64,000 nucleotides of DNA from Fervidobacterium sp. (lineage in GTDB: Bacteria; Thermotogota; Thermotogae; Thermotogales; Fervidobacteriaceae), in NCBI GenBank assembly GCA_049970055.1, contig JBMFNR010000002.1, positions 532,406 to 596,405 of the forward strand, read 5' to 3'. Position numbers and translations under genes: made by a program. The notes under the pieces are model-generated. The model saw nothing but the letters and a program-made list of their open reading frames with translations, made no database searches and was not told the origin of the DNA. Positions 1-9,792 of this stretch are shown here, piece after piece. Position 1 is the stretch's first letter; each line of letters begins with the position of its first letter.

Positions 1-1432
1 TGGTTGTCATGATAAATGCCCAATCACTTGATTGGGCAAGTAGTAGCTCCCTAACCATCTGATTTAATACTCTCACTTTTAAAGGATCACTTTCTTGCGC
101 GTGAAGTTTCGCCATTTCAGTCATCTTCTCGACCATTTCGTCAAGATGAGGATATATCCAGTCATTTGTACCATTTAACCAAACTTCGTTGTAACCATTG
201 GCACCCCAACTTGATGCTGCAGGGGTTAAAATTTGCACTTTTTCAACCCAGTCTACAACATCACATGCACGAACTACTCTCAACTTTTGACTTTTTACCA
301 CATCTCTCATGAAATATTCTAAAAAGTACGGGCCTTCGAACCACCAGTGACCGAATAGTTCCGCATCAAACGGTGCAACAATAATAGGTTCGAGACCTTC
401 AAATAAATTAATCAGATATTCCACTTGAGATTCTTTTTTTCTCAAAAAGTCCTTAGCGTGCTCACGTGCCGTCTCTTTAGCTTCGTCGATGTCGTAAAAG
501 TCTTTCATCTCAAGTGGTATATCCTTGGATGTGATTTTGTGATATTTGATACCGACATTCATTCTTACTCCACTTGGATCTATGTATGGTTTTATGTAAT
601 CGAATTCTCTGTCGAAACCTATGTCCCTATAAAATTCTCTGTATCGCGAATCACCCGGATATCCTATCTGGGCACTCCATACTTGTTCTGAGCTTTCTGG
701 ATCTCTTGCAAAAACAAATACATTATTGGGAGTAATAACAGGCCTGTAGACTCCATACCTCGGTCTTTCGTCTGCATACCAAAGCGCGTGAGAATCAACA
801 AAGAAATACTCAAACCCGTACTCGGCAAGATATTTGTCGAGCCCAGGAAAATAAGCACACTCTGCAAGCCAGATACCACGTGGCTTAACACCAATGTGAT
901 GTTCATAAGTCTTTACAGCGTGTTCTAATTGAGATCTAATTGCTTGTGGATACTGTTCCATGAATGGGAGATATCCATGCGTTGCGTTGCATGTGATAAT
1001 GTCAAGGTAGCCCTTAGAAAAAAATTCTTTAAAGCCATTTAGTACATTCCTTTGATACACATCTCTAAATAGAAATAGTGTTTCTTCAAAAAAGTTCAAA
1101 TAAAACTTCGCCATTTTATGTTTCTTAGGATGCTCCAATTCAGTTCTAATAACTTCCTTACGCGCAAGTTCTATGAGCTTTTCAAGTTTTTTTTCATATC
1201 TACTTTGTAAATCTGGGTTTGCGAGCATCTCCATTAATGGTGGTGTTATGGACATTGTTAATTTCACAGGTATTTTGTCTCTTTCCAGTTCTCTGAACAT
1301 CCTTAGAAGGGGTATATACGTTTCCGTTATGGCTTCAAATAACCAGTGCTCTTCCAAGAAGAATGGATATTCTGGATGATGGATATACGGTAAGTGTGCG
1401 TGTAAAACAAACATTATTTGCCCGCGCGACAT
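1..1432 (-). CDS. GH57 family 1,4-alpha-glucan branching enzyme (DUF1957 type); 3' end runs off the window
   Basis: Not in the ORF track (no stop in window). Manual translation from ATG 1432 gives MSRGQIMFVLHAHLPYIHHPEYPFFLEEHWLFEAITETYIP, with later WLAEC and PFDAELFGHWWFEGP GH57 motifs. Confidence 0.92.
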   Translation of the reverse strand, partial: MSRGQIMFVLHAHLPYIHHPEYPFFLEEHWLFEAITETYIPLLRMFRELERDKIPVKLTMSITPPLMEMLANPDLQSRYEKKLEKLIELARKEVIRTELEHPKKHKMAKFYLNFFEETLFLFRDVYQRNVLNGFKEFFSKGYLDIITCNATHGYLPFMEQYPQAIRSQLEHAVKTYEHHIGVKPRGIWLAECAYFPGLDKYLAEYGFEYFFVDSHALWYADERPRYGVYRPVITPNNVFVFARDPESSEQVWSAQIGYPGDSRYREFYRDIGFDREFDYIKPYIDPSGVRMNVGIKYHKITSKDIPLEMKDFYDIDEAKETAREHAKDFLRKKESQVEYLINLFEGLEPIIVAPFDAELFGHWWFEGPYFLEYFMRDVVKSQKLRVVRACDVVDWVEKVQILTPAASSWGANGYNEVWLNGTNDWIYPHLDEMVEKMTEMAKLHAQESDPLKVRVLNQMVRELLLAQSSDWAFIMTT

Positions 1433-1434
1433 AT

Positions 1435-2217
1435 TTACAGCCCCTTCCCACTAAATCTGTTAACGCTAAAACTTCCGGCTCCCGATATCCGAAAAAGTTG
1501 TTCCAAGCCTTGCACCGATCCAGAAATTCTTTCAACAATAGGGGTTATCATTCCGCTTGATGGCATGACTATCCTTCTTTTTTTTCTTAAGTCCAACCAT
1601 CTTTCCCTTGTCGATTGACTTGGTGCATTGGTTGGTGTTTTACAAAGATTTGATCTTATAAGGACTTTGTATTGCCCTTCGGTGTCGTAATAACCTATTT
1701 CTCCAAGATAATGTGCACCTGGTGTAGGTATATTTAAATAGTAGTTTTTCATGTTGAATGGATCGATCAAAATTTCAAAAGTCCTATGTGCGTTTGTACC
1801 ATCGAATTCGATGTATGTAACATCGTACACTCTTAAGACAACCCTTAGTACTTCTTTTGACCTCAACAGCGATTGGTTATCGCCACTCAAATCCCAGTAA
1901 AAATGGATCCAGTACGGATTAACAGGCATGGCTACAAGTTTGTTTTTGTTATATGTCTCGGGTAGTGTTAGATCTTCTTTCGAAGGAATTACGTTTGCAG
2001 ATTTTTGGGAAGATTTAACTTGGGACGGTGATGACGAGGAGATGACACCTTCTATGACTAACTTAGATCGCTCTAAAAATCTTTCAAGCATCTTTCGTAC
2101 ATCGTTCTTCCCCATCTGTTTTTTTACAGTTAATCCTAATTCTTTAGCCTTCGCTTTTAACTCTTGGATAGTCCGGTCGCTTTTTAACCATTCTTCTAGT
2201 TCCTTCCAACTACTCAT
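1435..2217 (-). CDS. DUF4912 domain protein with N-terminal Rho-N-like helix
   Basis: LPETYNKNKLVAMPVNPYWIHFYWD and VLRVYDVT motifs; usual neighbour of GH57 branching enzymes; SD GGGGGGTGAG. Confidence 0.8.
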   Translation of the reverse strand: MSSWKELEEWLKSDRTIQELKAKAKELGLTVKKQMGKNDVRKMLERFLERSKLVIEGVISSSSPSQVKSSQKSANVIPSKEDLTLPETYNKNKLVAMPVNPYWIHFYWDLSGDNQSLLRSKEVLRVVLRVYDVTYIEFDGTNAHRTFEILIDPFNMKNYYLNIPTPGAHYLGEIGYYDTEGQYKVLIRSNLCKTPTNAPSQSTRERWLDLRKKRRIVMPSSGMITPIVERISGSVQGLEQLFRISGAGSFSVNRFSGKGL

Positions 2218-2268
2218 AAATAACTCACCCCCCGTATGGCGATAAATTTTTGAAATTTTTCAAAAGTT

Positions 2269-2296
2269 ATTATACTACTATACGAAACGTTGTAAA
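2269..2296 (-). promoter_or_regulatory. sigma70-type promoter for the DUF4912-GH57 operon
   Basis: Minus strand TTTACA-N16-TATAAT about 50 nt upstream of the ATG. Confidence 0.55.
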
Positions 2297-2455
2297 ATAT
2301 TGTAAAAGAAAGAAATGGTATTATTTTTATTGATAGTTAGATGTAATGCTCTCTAATCACTAATTATAATAACATTACAATCATTGCATTTAAATTTAAG
2401 AATATCTATGCCAAGTTGAAAGTAATGTCATTTCAAATAAGCTCAGTTTTTTCGG

Positions 2456-3205
2456 TCACATTTTTGTCAAGAAATAGCTCGATCTCGCTGATGTTCGGAA
2501 AAGCACTTGTTGTGCTCTTTTTAGACAGGTTAAAGCAGTGCAAGCATTTGAAAAACGCAGTATTTTAGTAGGAGGGTTGTTGTGGAGAAGGCTAAATATA
2601 ACGCAAACGATGAATGAATTCCCCGCTCCTGTTGTATCCACAGATACGATCTTAAACGATTCTTTGTATATTCTCTCATTATTATTAGCGTACAAGCTCC
2701 CTTTTGCACCGAGTTTTCTGAAGAGTTCTTCTATTCCAAAGTTCAACAATTTTTCTATCGCTTTTTCAATTGTAAGAAATTTCTTTATCCAACCCGGCTT
2801 GGAAATATATTAAATTTTAAGTGTGGTGTAGTTAGAATATCGATGTTTTCAAGGATGTCTTTCTTTTAAAGATTTTTGTTAGCACCTAAGTGGTTGAACA
2901 TCGTGTTATTTCTGTCTTTGTCGACGATTATAAAGGTAATGCCTGTTTCACTTTGTTCTTTTACCCTTGTTTCAACACCTAATTCTTTTAATTTATTCGC
3001 CACATACCTTCCAAATTCATCATCTCCGGCTCTGGCTATAAGGTATGACTTTATGCCTAACTTTGATAATGCAACAAAAACGTTGGTGGCTTTCCCACCA
3101 ACGCTCATGTAGATGTTTTCAGAAACATGGTTCTCATTTATGTTTATTCTTTCATCTGAAAAGAATAGGCCTATATTGACTTTACCTACACAAAGTAACT
3201 ATCAT
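2456..3205 (-). pseudogene. PfkB/ribokinase-family sugar kinase, disrupted
   Basis: Fragments LCVGKVNI..GGKATNV..GDDEFG (2866-3198) and KLGAKGS..VDTTGAGNSF (2456-2749). The probable start ATG is out of frame, there is an internal stop, and the catalytic GAGD reads GAGN. Confidence 0.8.
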
Positions 3206-3945
3206 TTCAATTTTTCAATCTCTTCTTTTGCTGTTTTTACAGCTTCCTCATGTGTTTTAATAAGCAGTGGGTGTGGATCCATGCTTATCACTTTTTGGAA
3301 CATCTCCTTTGCTTTATTCTTATTACCTGTTTTTAAGTACAGATATCCAAGTTCAAGGTAAATGTTTGAGTAATTTGGAGTGAGTTTAAGTGCACTGTTT
3401 AAAAGCTCTTCCGATTTTTTGTAATTGGAAAGTGGCCATGGCACGTCCCTATAGCGCATTCCAGAAGCTAAGTAAGCGAAAGTTTTATAGAGACGCTCTT
3501 CTTTATCGTTTTCATCAAGCAGCTTAATGGAGGTGTCTATATACCTATCGAAGTCACCTAACATAAACAAACTCTGTACTATTCCTTTATACTGGGCTAG
3601 TCGACCAATTGATGCACCAGCTATGTAGTGTGCTCGTCCGTTTTTCTGATCAAGCTTAATGGCAAGTTCTGCATTTGAGCGTGCTTTTTCAAGTGTCTTT
3701 TCTTTGTCCTTGTCTGGGACCCCCCAGGTAGCAAGTTCTAAGTACGAGTCAGCAAGAATGGTAAGTAGTTCACTATCCTTAGTGTAATCTGGGGTGTTTT
3801 CGATATCTTTGATTACACTAAGCATCTGGTCTTTGTCACGGTACTTTCTGGCTTCAATAAACCTGTTGTTAAACTCCTCAGCAACTGTTGCAAAGACTGA
3901 AGCAATCAAACCAATAAGTATGATAATACTAAAAACCTTTTTCAC
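3202..3945 (-). CDS. Exported TPR-repeat protein
   Basis: Signal peptide MKKVFSIIILIGLIASVFA; TPR-like helices (YLELGYLYLKTGNKNKAKEMFQKVI). Confidence 0.75.
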   Translation of the reverse strand: MKKVFSIIILIGLIASVFATVAEEFNNRFIEARKYRDKDQMLSVIKDIENTPDYTKDSELLTILADSYLELATWGVPDKDKEKTLEKARSNAELAIKLDQKNGRAHYIAGASIGRLAQYKGIVQSLFMLGDFDRYIDTSIKLLDENDKEERLYKTFAYLASGMRYRDVPWPLSNYKKSEELLNSALKLTPNYSNIYLELGYLYLKTGNKNKAKEMFQKVISMDPHPLLIKTHEEAVKTAKEEIEKLK

Positions 3946-4121
3946 ACTATCCCCTCCTTGATTTAGGTTGCGTAGTTATCTACAAAATATTATAACATAA
4001 TTTGGGCATAAAAACATTTTTGATGTTTAATTTACAAACCAATGTTAACGTAAAATTAAACATAAATCTAAAATTTGTGGTAATATATCTTTGTATATTT
4101 CTTATGGAAGGAGAGATCGAT

Positions 4122-4487
4122 ATGTTTGATCACGAACACAAACATCACCATCATGAGCATGAACACGAGCACGAACACGACCACATTGATGCGTTCACTC
4201 TTATGGATGAGGAAGGAAATGAGCATCATTTTGTCTTGTTGGGAGAAGTTGAGAACAAAGGAAAGGCTTACTGGGTTTGCGAAGAAATTTTTGTGGAAAA
4301 CGAAGAGATATCAGAATTTGGCGACACGTTCCTCTTTGAAAAATCTGAAGACGAAGAAGGCAATGTTTTCCTTGATTCTATACAAGATGAAGAGGAATTC
4401 AACGAAGTTGTCAAAATTTGGGAAGACATGATGGGTGATGAAGATTTCTTCGTTGATATTGATGGCGAAGAAGATGAAGAAGAATAA
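4122..4487 (+). CDS. DUF1292-like acidic protein with His-rich N-terminus
   Basis: SD GGAAGGAG before ATG 4122; FTLMDEEGNEHHF and LDSIQDEEEFNEV motifs. Confidence 0.75.
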   Translation: MFDHEHKHHHHEHEHEHEHDHIDAFTLMDEEGNEHHFVLLGEVENKGKAYWVCEEIFVENEEISEFGDTFLFEKSEDEEGNVFLDSIQDEEEFNEVVKIWEDMMGDEDFFVDIDGEEDEEE

Positions 4488-4496
4488 ATATCCATC

Positions 4497-4526
4497 TTGA
4501 CAGGACTTAGGAGCTTTTGGTAAAAT
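4497..4526 (+). promoter_or_regulatory. Promoter of tRNA-Thr
   Basis: TTGACA-N18-TAAAAT with an extended TG element. Confidence 0.7.
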
Positions 4527-4542
4527 ATTCTTCGACTTTGGT

Positions 4543-4619
4543 GCAGGCGTAGCTTCAAGCGGTGGAGCGCCTCCTTGGTAAGGAGGAGGGTGTGGGTTCG
4601 AGTCCCACCGCCTGCTCCA
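4543..4619 (+). tRNA. tRNA-Thr(GGT), CCA encoded
   Basis: Acceptor stem GCAGGCG/CGCCTGC, anticodon arm CCTCC-TTGGTAA-GGAGG, T-arm GTGGG-TTCGAGT-CCCAC, 3' TCCA. Confidence 0.97.
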
Positions 4620-4636
4620 AATTGAAAAATAATATG

Positions 4637-4661
4637 AGAGGGTTTTTGGACCCTCTTTTTT
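4637..4661 (+). terminator. Intrinsic terminator after tRNA-Thr
   Basis: AGAGGGT/ACCCTCT hairpin followed by a T-run. Confidence 0.8.
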
Positions 4662-4705
4662 GTTTTTTTAGATGAATTTATACATTCAGATGTTCGGGGG
4701 GCGGC

Positions 4706-5653
4706 GTGAAGATGGAGTTTCTGCATCTTTTTTTATTTTTACCACCAATACTGTTAGGTGTAGTGATGGGAGGGAACGATGCGGGTAATATACTAGGACC
4801 AACCGTTGGAAATGGTATCTTTAGAGCAAGGAAGGCAGTTTTTGTGGTTTCTGTGTTTGTTATCATTGGTGCGATCATTGGTGGCTTGCCTGGTATGAGA
4901 GTTGCCTCGGGATTAGTAAAGGTTACAACAAGTGAAGTGATTATAATAAATTTGTCGTCTGCTATTGTGACATTGTTTTTTTTGTTAAGTAAATTACCGA
5001 TTTCTATGACACAAGCCATAGTTGGCGCTAATGTTGGCGTTGGTATATTAACAAAGAATATTAATACTCAAATATTGTTTGTAATAGTTTTAGCTTGGTT
5101 TTTGACACCTCCTTTGGCCTACGTTTTTAGTTTTGTATTCTTCAAGTTATTTTCTCGCATCTTCAAGCTTATTAAAAGTTTGCAACTACGAAATATGGTT
5201 CTTCGACTTTTGCTTTGGGGCTTCACGTTGTATGGAGCTTATTCCCTTGGAGCAAATAATGCTGGAAAAATTACTGGTATATTGTACAACCGGGGATTTA
5301 ACTTGTACTTTCTATTACTTGTGAGTGGAGTCTCACTTGCCGTAGGTATTTTGAGCTTTGGTGAGAGGACAATTTACACAGTTGGAAGGTCGCTGATAAA
5401 GTTAGATGATTTCTCAGCTATGATTGTCATTTCATCTTCTGCTTTCTCTATATGGTTTTTCTCACTCTTAGGGTTGCCCATTTCCGCAGCACATGCCATG
5501 ATTGGTAGTATTCTCGGTGTTTCTGGTGCAAGGGGTACAAAGATAGAAGATAAAAGGGTATTGCAAAAAATATTTTTCTCGTGGTTGGAAGCACCATTGT
5601 ACAGTGGGATTTTTTCTGCAATGCTACTTTCAATTTACAAACTTTTATGGTAA
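4706..5653 (+). CDS. PiT-family inorganic phosphate transporter
   Basis: GGNDAGN and GANNAG signature repeats, PISMTQ/PISAAH, multiple TM segments. Confidence 0.88.
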   Translation: MKMEFLHLFLFLPPILLGVVMGGNDAGNILGPTVGNGIFRARKAVFVVSVFVIIGAIIGGLPGMRVASGLVKVTTSEVIIINLSSAIVTLFFLLSKLPISMTQAIVGANVGVGILTKNINTQILFVIVLAWFLTPPLAYVFSFVFFKLFSRIFKLIKSLQLRNMVLRLLLWGFTLYGAYSLGANNAGKITGILYNRGFNLYFLLLVSGVSLAVGILSFGERTIYTVGRSLIKLDDFSAMIVISSSAFSIWFFSLLGLPISAAHAMIGSILGVSGARGTKIEDKRVLQKIFFSWLEAPLYSGIFSAMLLSIYKLLW

Positions 5654-5693
5654 AATATTTTTGTTAAAATATCAGATTGTGGAGGTGTAGTTC

Positions 5694-6206
5694 ATGGACT
5701 TGAAGACCTTTATAAGGGATATTCCCGATTTTCCGCAGAAAGGTGTCATTTTTAGGGACATAACCCCCCTTGTTAAGAACCCGGAAGCATTTAAGTATGC
5801 GATTGATTCTATTGGAAAAGAGCTTGAAAAATTTGATTTTGACCTCATTGTTTGTCCAGAGGCACGAGGCTTTATGATTGCTGCTCCACTTGCTTACAAA
5901 ATGAACAAAGGACTTGTACCCGTAAGAAAGCCTGGAAAACTTCCATATAAAACAATAAGTGATGTGTACGAACTCGAATATGGCAAGGCTGAGCTGCATA
6001 TGCATGAAGATGCTATACAACCTGGTCAAAAAGTAATAATAATTGATGATGTCCTTGCAACTGGCGGTACAGCACTGGCGCTAAAAAGGTTGGTTGAAAA
6101 AGCTGGTGGAGAGATTGTTGCTTCCGCATTCTTGATAGAGCTTACTTATCTTAATCCGAGAAATTTGTTAAAAGATCTACCAATAATTGCACCAATTAAA
6201 TATTGA
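5694..6206 (+). CDS. apt: Adenine phosphoribosyltransferase
   Basis: IPDFPQKGVIFRDIT, EARGF, RKPGKLP, IIDDVLATGGT. Confidence 0.97.
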   Translation: MDLKTFIRDIPDFPQKGVIFRDITPLVKNPEAFKYAIDSIGKELEKFDFDLIVCPEARGFMIAAPLAYKMNKGLVPVRKPGKLPYKTISDVYELEYGKAELHMHEDAIQPGQKVIIIDDVLATGGTALALKRLVEKAGGEIVASAFLIELTYLNPRNLLKDLPIIAPIKY

Positions 6207-6270
6207 TGTGACTTAACAGTATTAACAGTACTAGTTGTAACTTTCCTTCAAGACAACAGGAGGTGTTTTT

Positions 6271-7632
6271 ATGTTAAAGTTTGACTTTACATACACTTTA
6301 TCTGACAACGTTGCTGGTGGATTAAAATACGAAGAAATCGACGCTTTTTCTGAGAAAGTCTCAGAGTCTCTTTCAAAACTTGCCGAAAACAAGCCAGGTT
6401 TTGTAAATACAATCTTAACAAGGAAATGGATAGATTCCGTTAACGAATTAAGCGATTTTATATTCACGTTCGATAATATAGTTGTTCTTGGAATAGGTGG
6501 GTCGGCACTTGGTAATATAGCCATTCAGAATGCGCTCAGGCCTTTTAACTGGAATTCACTCACTTCGGAAGACAGGAACGGTTATTTGAGAGTTTACATT
6601 GTTGATAACGTTGATCCTGAATATTTGTCTTCTGTTCTTGAGTGTGTTAATCCAAAACATACGCTTTTTAACATAATATCGAAATCAGGTACAACAGCGG
6701 AACCAATGGCAAATTACCTTGTTGTTAGAAGCATCCTTGAATCTTACGGGTTAGATCCGAAAGAGCACATCATCTTTACAACGGACCCAGAAAAGGGTGT
6801 ATTAAGAAGAATAGGCAGAGCTGAGGGAATTAGAATGCTGGACATACCGCCTGATGTTGGAGGAAGGTTCAGTGTTTTGACACCCGTGGGTCTTCTTTCC
6901 GCAAAAGCTGCTGGTGTAGATATCGAAGAACTTGTAATTGGTGCTAAGGATGCTTTCGAAAAAAGTTTAAAGTCAAAGTTATGGGAAAATCCAGCCGCAC
7001 TTTTAGCTGTTATTCACTATTTGCATTACAAAAAAGGAAGAAATATCTCTGTTATGATGGCATATTCAAATAAACTTTATTATCTTGCGGATTGGTACAG
7101 GCAACTTTGGGCAGAGAGCTTAGGAAAGATGTACGATAACGATGGTAACAGAGTAAATGTTGGTCAAACACCAGTTAAAGCGCTTGGTGCTGTGGACCAG
7201 CATTCGCAAGTACAACTTTACAACGAGGGGCCCGATGATAAGGTTATAACATTCCTTAGGACTGAAAGTTTTGAGAGAGATATCTTTATACCAAAACTTC
7301 ACGAAAATGAGCCTGAATTGACCTATCTTGGCGGTAAGAAGCTTTCACAACTTTTGAACAATGAACAACTTGGTACACAATTGGCACTTGCAAAGCATGG
7401 AAGACCGTCTCTTACTGTATCATTCCCAAGGATCGATGAATACCACCTTGGCCAATTTTTCATGTATTACGAAATTACTACAGCTATAGCTGGAGATTTG
7501 TTCAATATAAATCCTTATGATCAACCTGGCGTTGAGCTTGGTAAAAAAATTACTTACGCTCTTATGGGACGTAACGGTTTTGAAGAATTTAACTATTTGG
7601 AAAGTGCTCAAAAAAGGATCGTGATAGAATGA
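6271..7632 (+). CDS. pgi: Glucose-6-phosphate isomerase
   Basis: [38 protein letters not shown]. Confidence 0.97.
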   Translation: MLKFDFTYTLSDNVAGGLKYEEIDAFSEKVSESLSKLAENKPGFVNTILTRKWIDSVNELSDFIFTFDNIVVLGIGGSALGNIAIQNALRPFNWNSLTSEDRNGYLRVYIVDNVDPEYLSSVLECVNPKHTLFNIISKSGTTAEPMANYLVVRSILESYGLDPKEHIIFTTDPEKGVLRRIGRAEGIRMLDIPPDVGGRFSVLTPVGLLSAKAAGVDIEELVIGAKDAFEKSLKSKLWENPAALLAVIHYLHYKKGRNISVMMAYSNKLYYLADWYRQLWAESLGKMYDNDGNRVNVGQTPVKALGAVDQHSQVQLYNEGPDDKVITFLRTESFERDIFIPKLHENEPELTYLGGKKLSQLLNNEQLGTQLALAKHGRPSLTVSFPRIDEYHLGQFFMYYEITTAIAGDLFNINPYDQPGVELGKKITYALMGRNGFEEFNYLESAQKRIVIE

Positions 7633-7850
7633 TGAAAGAATATATTGATGTGCTGAAGAAAATTTTTGATCCTGTTGCTATTTTCATGAAAGATGAAGAG
7701 TTTATCATTGTTGTAAAGGATGAAATGGACGTTGGCAGCAAAGCAAAGGAATTATCTGAGACTATTGATGATGATCTAAGCTTAATGATTCTGACAAAGC
7801 ACGAATTTGAAAATTTGAAAAACAAAAACTTAGGAGAAAAAATAATCTGA
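7629..7850 (+). CDS. Small hypothetical protein
   Basis: ATGA overlap with pgi; fills the gap to coaE. Confidence 0.7.
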   Translation: MMKEYIDVLKKIFDPVAIFMKDEEFIIVVKDEMDVGSKAKELSETIDDDLSLMILTKHEFENLKNKNLGEKII

Positions 7851-7852
7851 TC

Positions 7853-8377
7853 ATGATCATATGTGTCACAGGTAAGATAGGCACTGGGAAAAGCACAGTA
7901 TCAAGGTTTTTTGAAAATCTTGGTTTTGCATATATAAACGTTGATAAATTGGGACATATTGCTTTTGAGATGAATATTGAAAAAATATTAAATGCATTCG
8001 GAACCAGGGAAAGAAAGGAAATTGTCACTTTGGTATTTAAAGATCAGCAGAAATTGAGAATGCTCGAATCTATCGTTCACCCTACAATTAGGCAATTACT
8101 TGAAGAAGAACTCAAAAAGCACAATGGGAAAAATATTGTTGTTGAAGCTGCTATTCGAAGAAGGTTGCAGATCAATTGTTGTGATGTTATTTTAACTGTT
8201 GTATCTAGCATTGAAAATATCAAAAAAAGACTTTCTGGAAAATATCCTGAAGATCTAATTGTGGAGATTTTGGAGAAGCAGGATGATGTTTTCGAAGAAG
8301 GTATCGTTGTTGAAAATAACGGTACAATAGAAGAATTAGAAAAACAGCTTGAGAATATTTGGAAGAAAATATCTTGA
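7853..8377 (+). CDS. coaE: Dephospho-CoA kinase
   Basis: VTGKIGTGKST P-loop, DKLGH, LESIVHP. Confidence 0.9.
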   Translation: MIICVTGKIGTGKSTVSRFFENLGFAYINVDKLGHIAFEMNIEKILNAFGTRERKEIVTLVFKDQQKLRMLESIVHPTIRQLLEEELKKHNGKNIVVEAAIRRRLQINCCDVILTVVSSIENIKKRLSGKYPEDLIVEILEKQDDVFEEGIVVENNGTIEELEKQLENIWKKIS

Positions 8378-8383
8378 ATTGAC

Positions 8384-8421
8384 GGGGGGAACTTTGGAGG
8401 ATCTGAAGTTCTCCTCTTTTT
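8384..8421. terminator. Hairpin terminator between convergent genes
   Basis: GGGGGAACTT...AAGTTCTCCT stem (with G-U pairs) followed by a T-run. Confidence 0.6.
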
Positions 8422-8810
8422 TATTTGTAACCATTCTTATTAGTTAGTACATTGGAGATTGTACCAACAATTATGATAATCATCATACTAAATAATCCAA
8501 ACATTACACTACCTTTTGCAGTTACAGTTAAAAGTATGGGAAATGTCGGGAAGGATCTAAAATATAAAAAAATAAAGATCTGTAAAGATAAGAACGACAA
8601 TATTGGTGAGGCTATAGACACAATGAGTATGTCTGTCAATGAGTTGCCCGTTCCAAGAAGAATGGAAGAGATAACTAAAAAAACTTCCGGAACAGAGCCG
8701 AAAGAAAAGTTTTCAAAGATACGAAATACACATTCATAGGAAATTATCATACTTATAAAAACCGATAACAATATTAAATTGACAATTCTTATTCTTCTCA
8801 CTCTGAACAT
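8421..8810 (-). CDS. Hypothetical membrane protein (about 4 TM)
   Basis: SD AAGGGGGG before ATG; hydrophobic segments. Confidence 0.65.
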   Translation of the reverse strand: MFRVRRIRIVNLILLSVFISMIISYECVFRIFENFSFGSVPEVFLVISSILLGTGNSLTDILIVSIASPILSFLSLQIFIFLYFRSFPTFPILLTVTAKGSVMFGLFSMMIIIIVGTISNVLTNKNGYK

Positions 8811-8923
8811 ATTGCGCCCCCCTTAATTTTCAGTCATAACAATTTTAGCACAATTTATGGTAAAATAATACTGCAGTGAATAACTGAGACTAACTGTAAA
8901 TAACGTTATTTGGAGTTGAGAAA

Positions 8924-9781
8924 GTGTTATTTAATCCGGTAGAAGAATCAAAACGTATAGAAGAGTTTATAAAAGAAACATTAGAAACTTACAATTTTAA
9001 GGGAGCAGTAATAGGTATCAGTGGAGGAATTGATTCCGCTGTTGTTTTAGCGCTACTTATTAGGTGTATACCGAAGGATAAAATTCGCGCGCTAATTCTT
9101 CCAGAAAGAGATAGTTCGAAAGAAAGTGCCAAAGACGCGAAACTGCTTTGCAAACATTTTGGAGTTGATTGTAAAGTTTTCTCAATAACGGGTGCATTAC
9201 GAAACCTTGGAGTGTACTCGCTTTTCCCCCCAGTGCTCTTAATCCCAGAAAGTGTGAAAGTCAAATATACCAAGAAAAGGTGGGAGAAGTACAAAGAACC
9301 TTACTATATGGATCTAAAAAACGAAGGTGATGAAACATTTCTCAAAGGACTTGCTTACTACAGAGTTAAGCATCGTGTAAGGATGTGCAAACTGTACATG
9401 GAAGCAGAGAGACTTGGATATTGTGTTGTAGGAACAACAAACAAAACAGAGCTACTTTTGGGCTTGTATGTTAAGTGGGGAGATGATGCAGTAGATATTG
9501 AACCAATAAAGCATTTATACAAAACTCAGGTTTTTGAACTTGCAAAATACTTAGGAGTACCAGAACAGATAATAAATAAGAAACCAACACCAGATCTAAT
9601 TCCAGGTATAACCGACGAGGATGCTTTTGGCATTCAATATTCCAAAATAGACGAGATATTAATGGCAATTGAAAACGGCACAGAAGAGGATGACGAGATA
9701 ACTAATCGAGTTAAACATATTATGTCGTTGACGAAGATAAGAGAACTAAAAGCTTATGGAATAGAAGATAAAAAACGTTAG
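8924..9781 (+). CDS. nadE: NH3-dependent NAD+ synthetase
   Basis: SGGIDS, GTTNKTE, KWGD, LYKTQV, KKPTPDL; no glutaminase domain. Confidence 0.95.
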   Translation: MLFNPVEESKRIEEFIKETLETYNFKGAVIGISGGIDSAVVLALLIRCIPKDKIRALILPERDSSKESAKDAKLLCKHFGVDCKVFSITGALRNLGVYSLFPPVLLIPESVKVKYTKKRWEKYKEPYYMDLKNEGDETFLKGLAYYRVKHRVRMCKLYMEAERLGYCVVGTTNKTELLLGLYVKWGDDAVDIEPIKHLYKTQVFELAKYLGVPEQIINKKPTPDLIPGITDEDAFGIQYSKIDEILMAIENGTEEDDEITNRVKHIMSLTKIRELKAYGIEDKKR

Positions 9782-9792
9782 GTGGTGAGTTC

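Noticed and set aside
425..1618. Small ORFs over the first 1.6 kb
   Set aside because: They are shadows of the GH57 gene (missed by the track because it runs off the window) and of DUF4912.
4543..4700. tRNA as an integration site for a mobile element
   Set aside because: No integrase or duplicated tRNA 3' end was seen; flanks are housekeeping genes.
4268..4726. 152-aa minus-strand ORF
   Set aside because: Antisense to the DUF1292-like gene and tRNA-Thr; its Ser runs mirror Glu/Asp codons.
8452..8739. Plus-strand 95-aa ORF
   Set aside because: Antisense to 8421-8810, which has the SD and a membrane-protein pattern.
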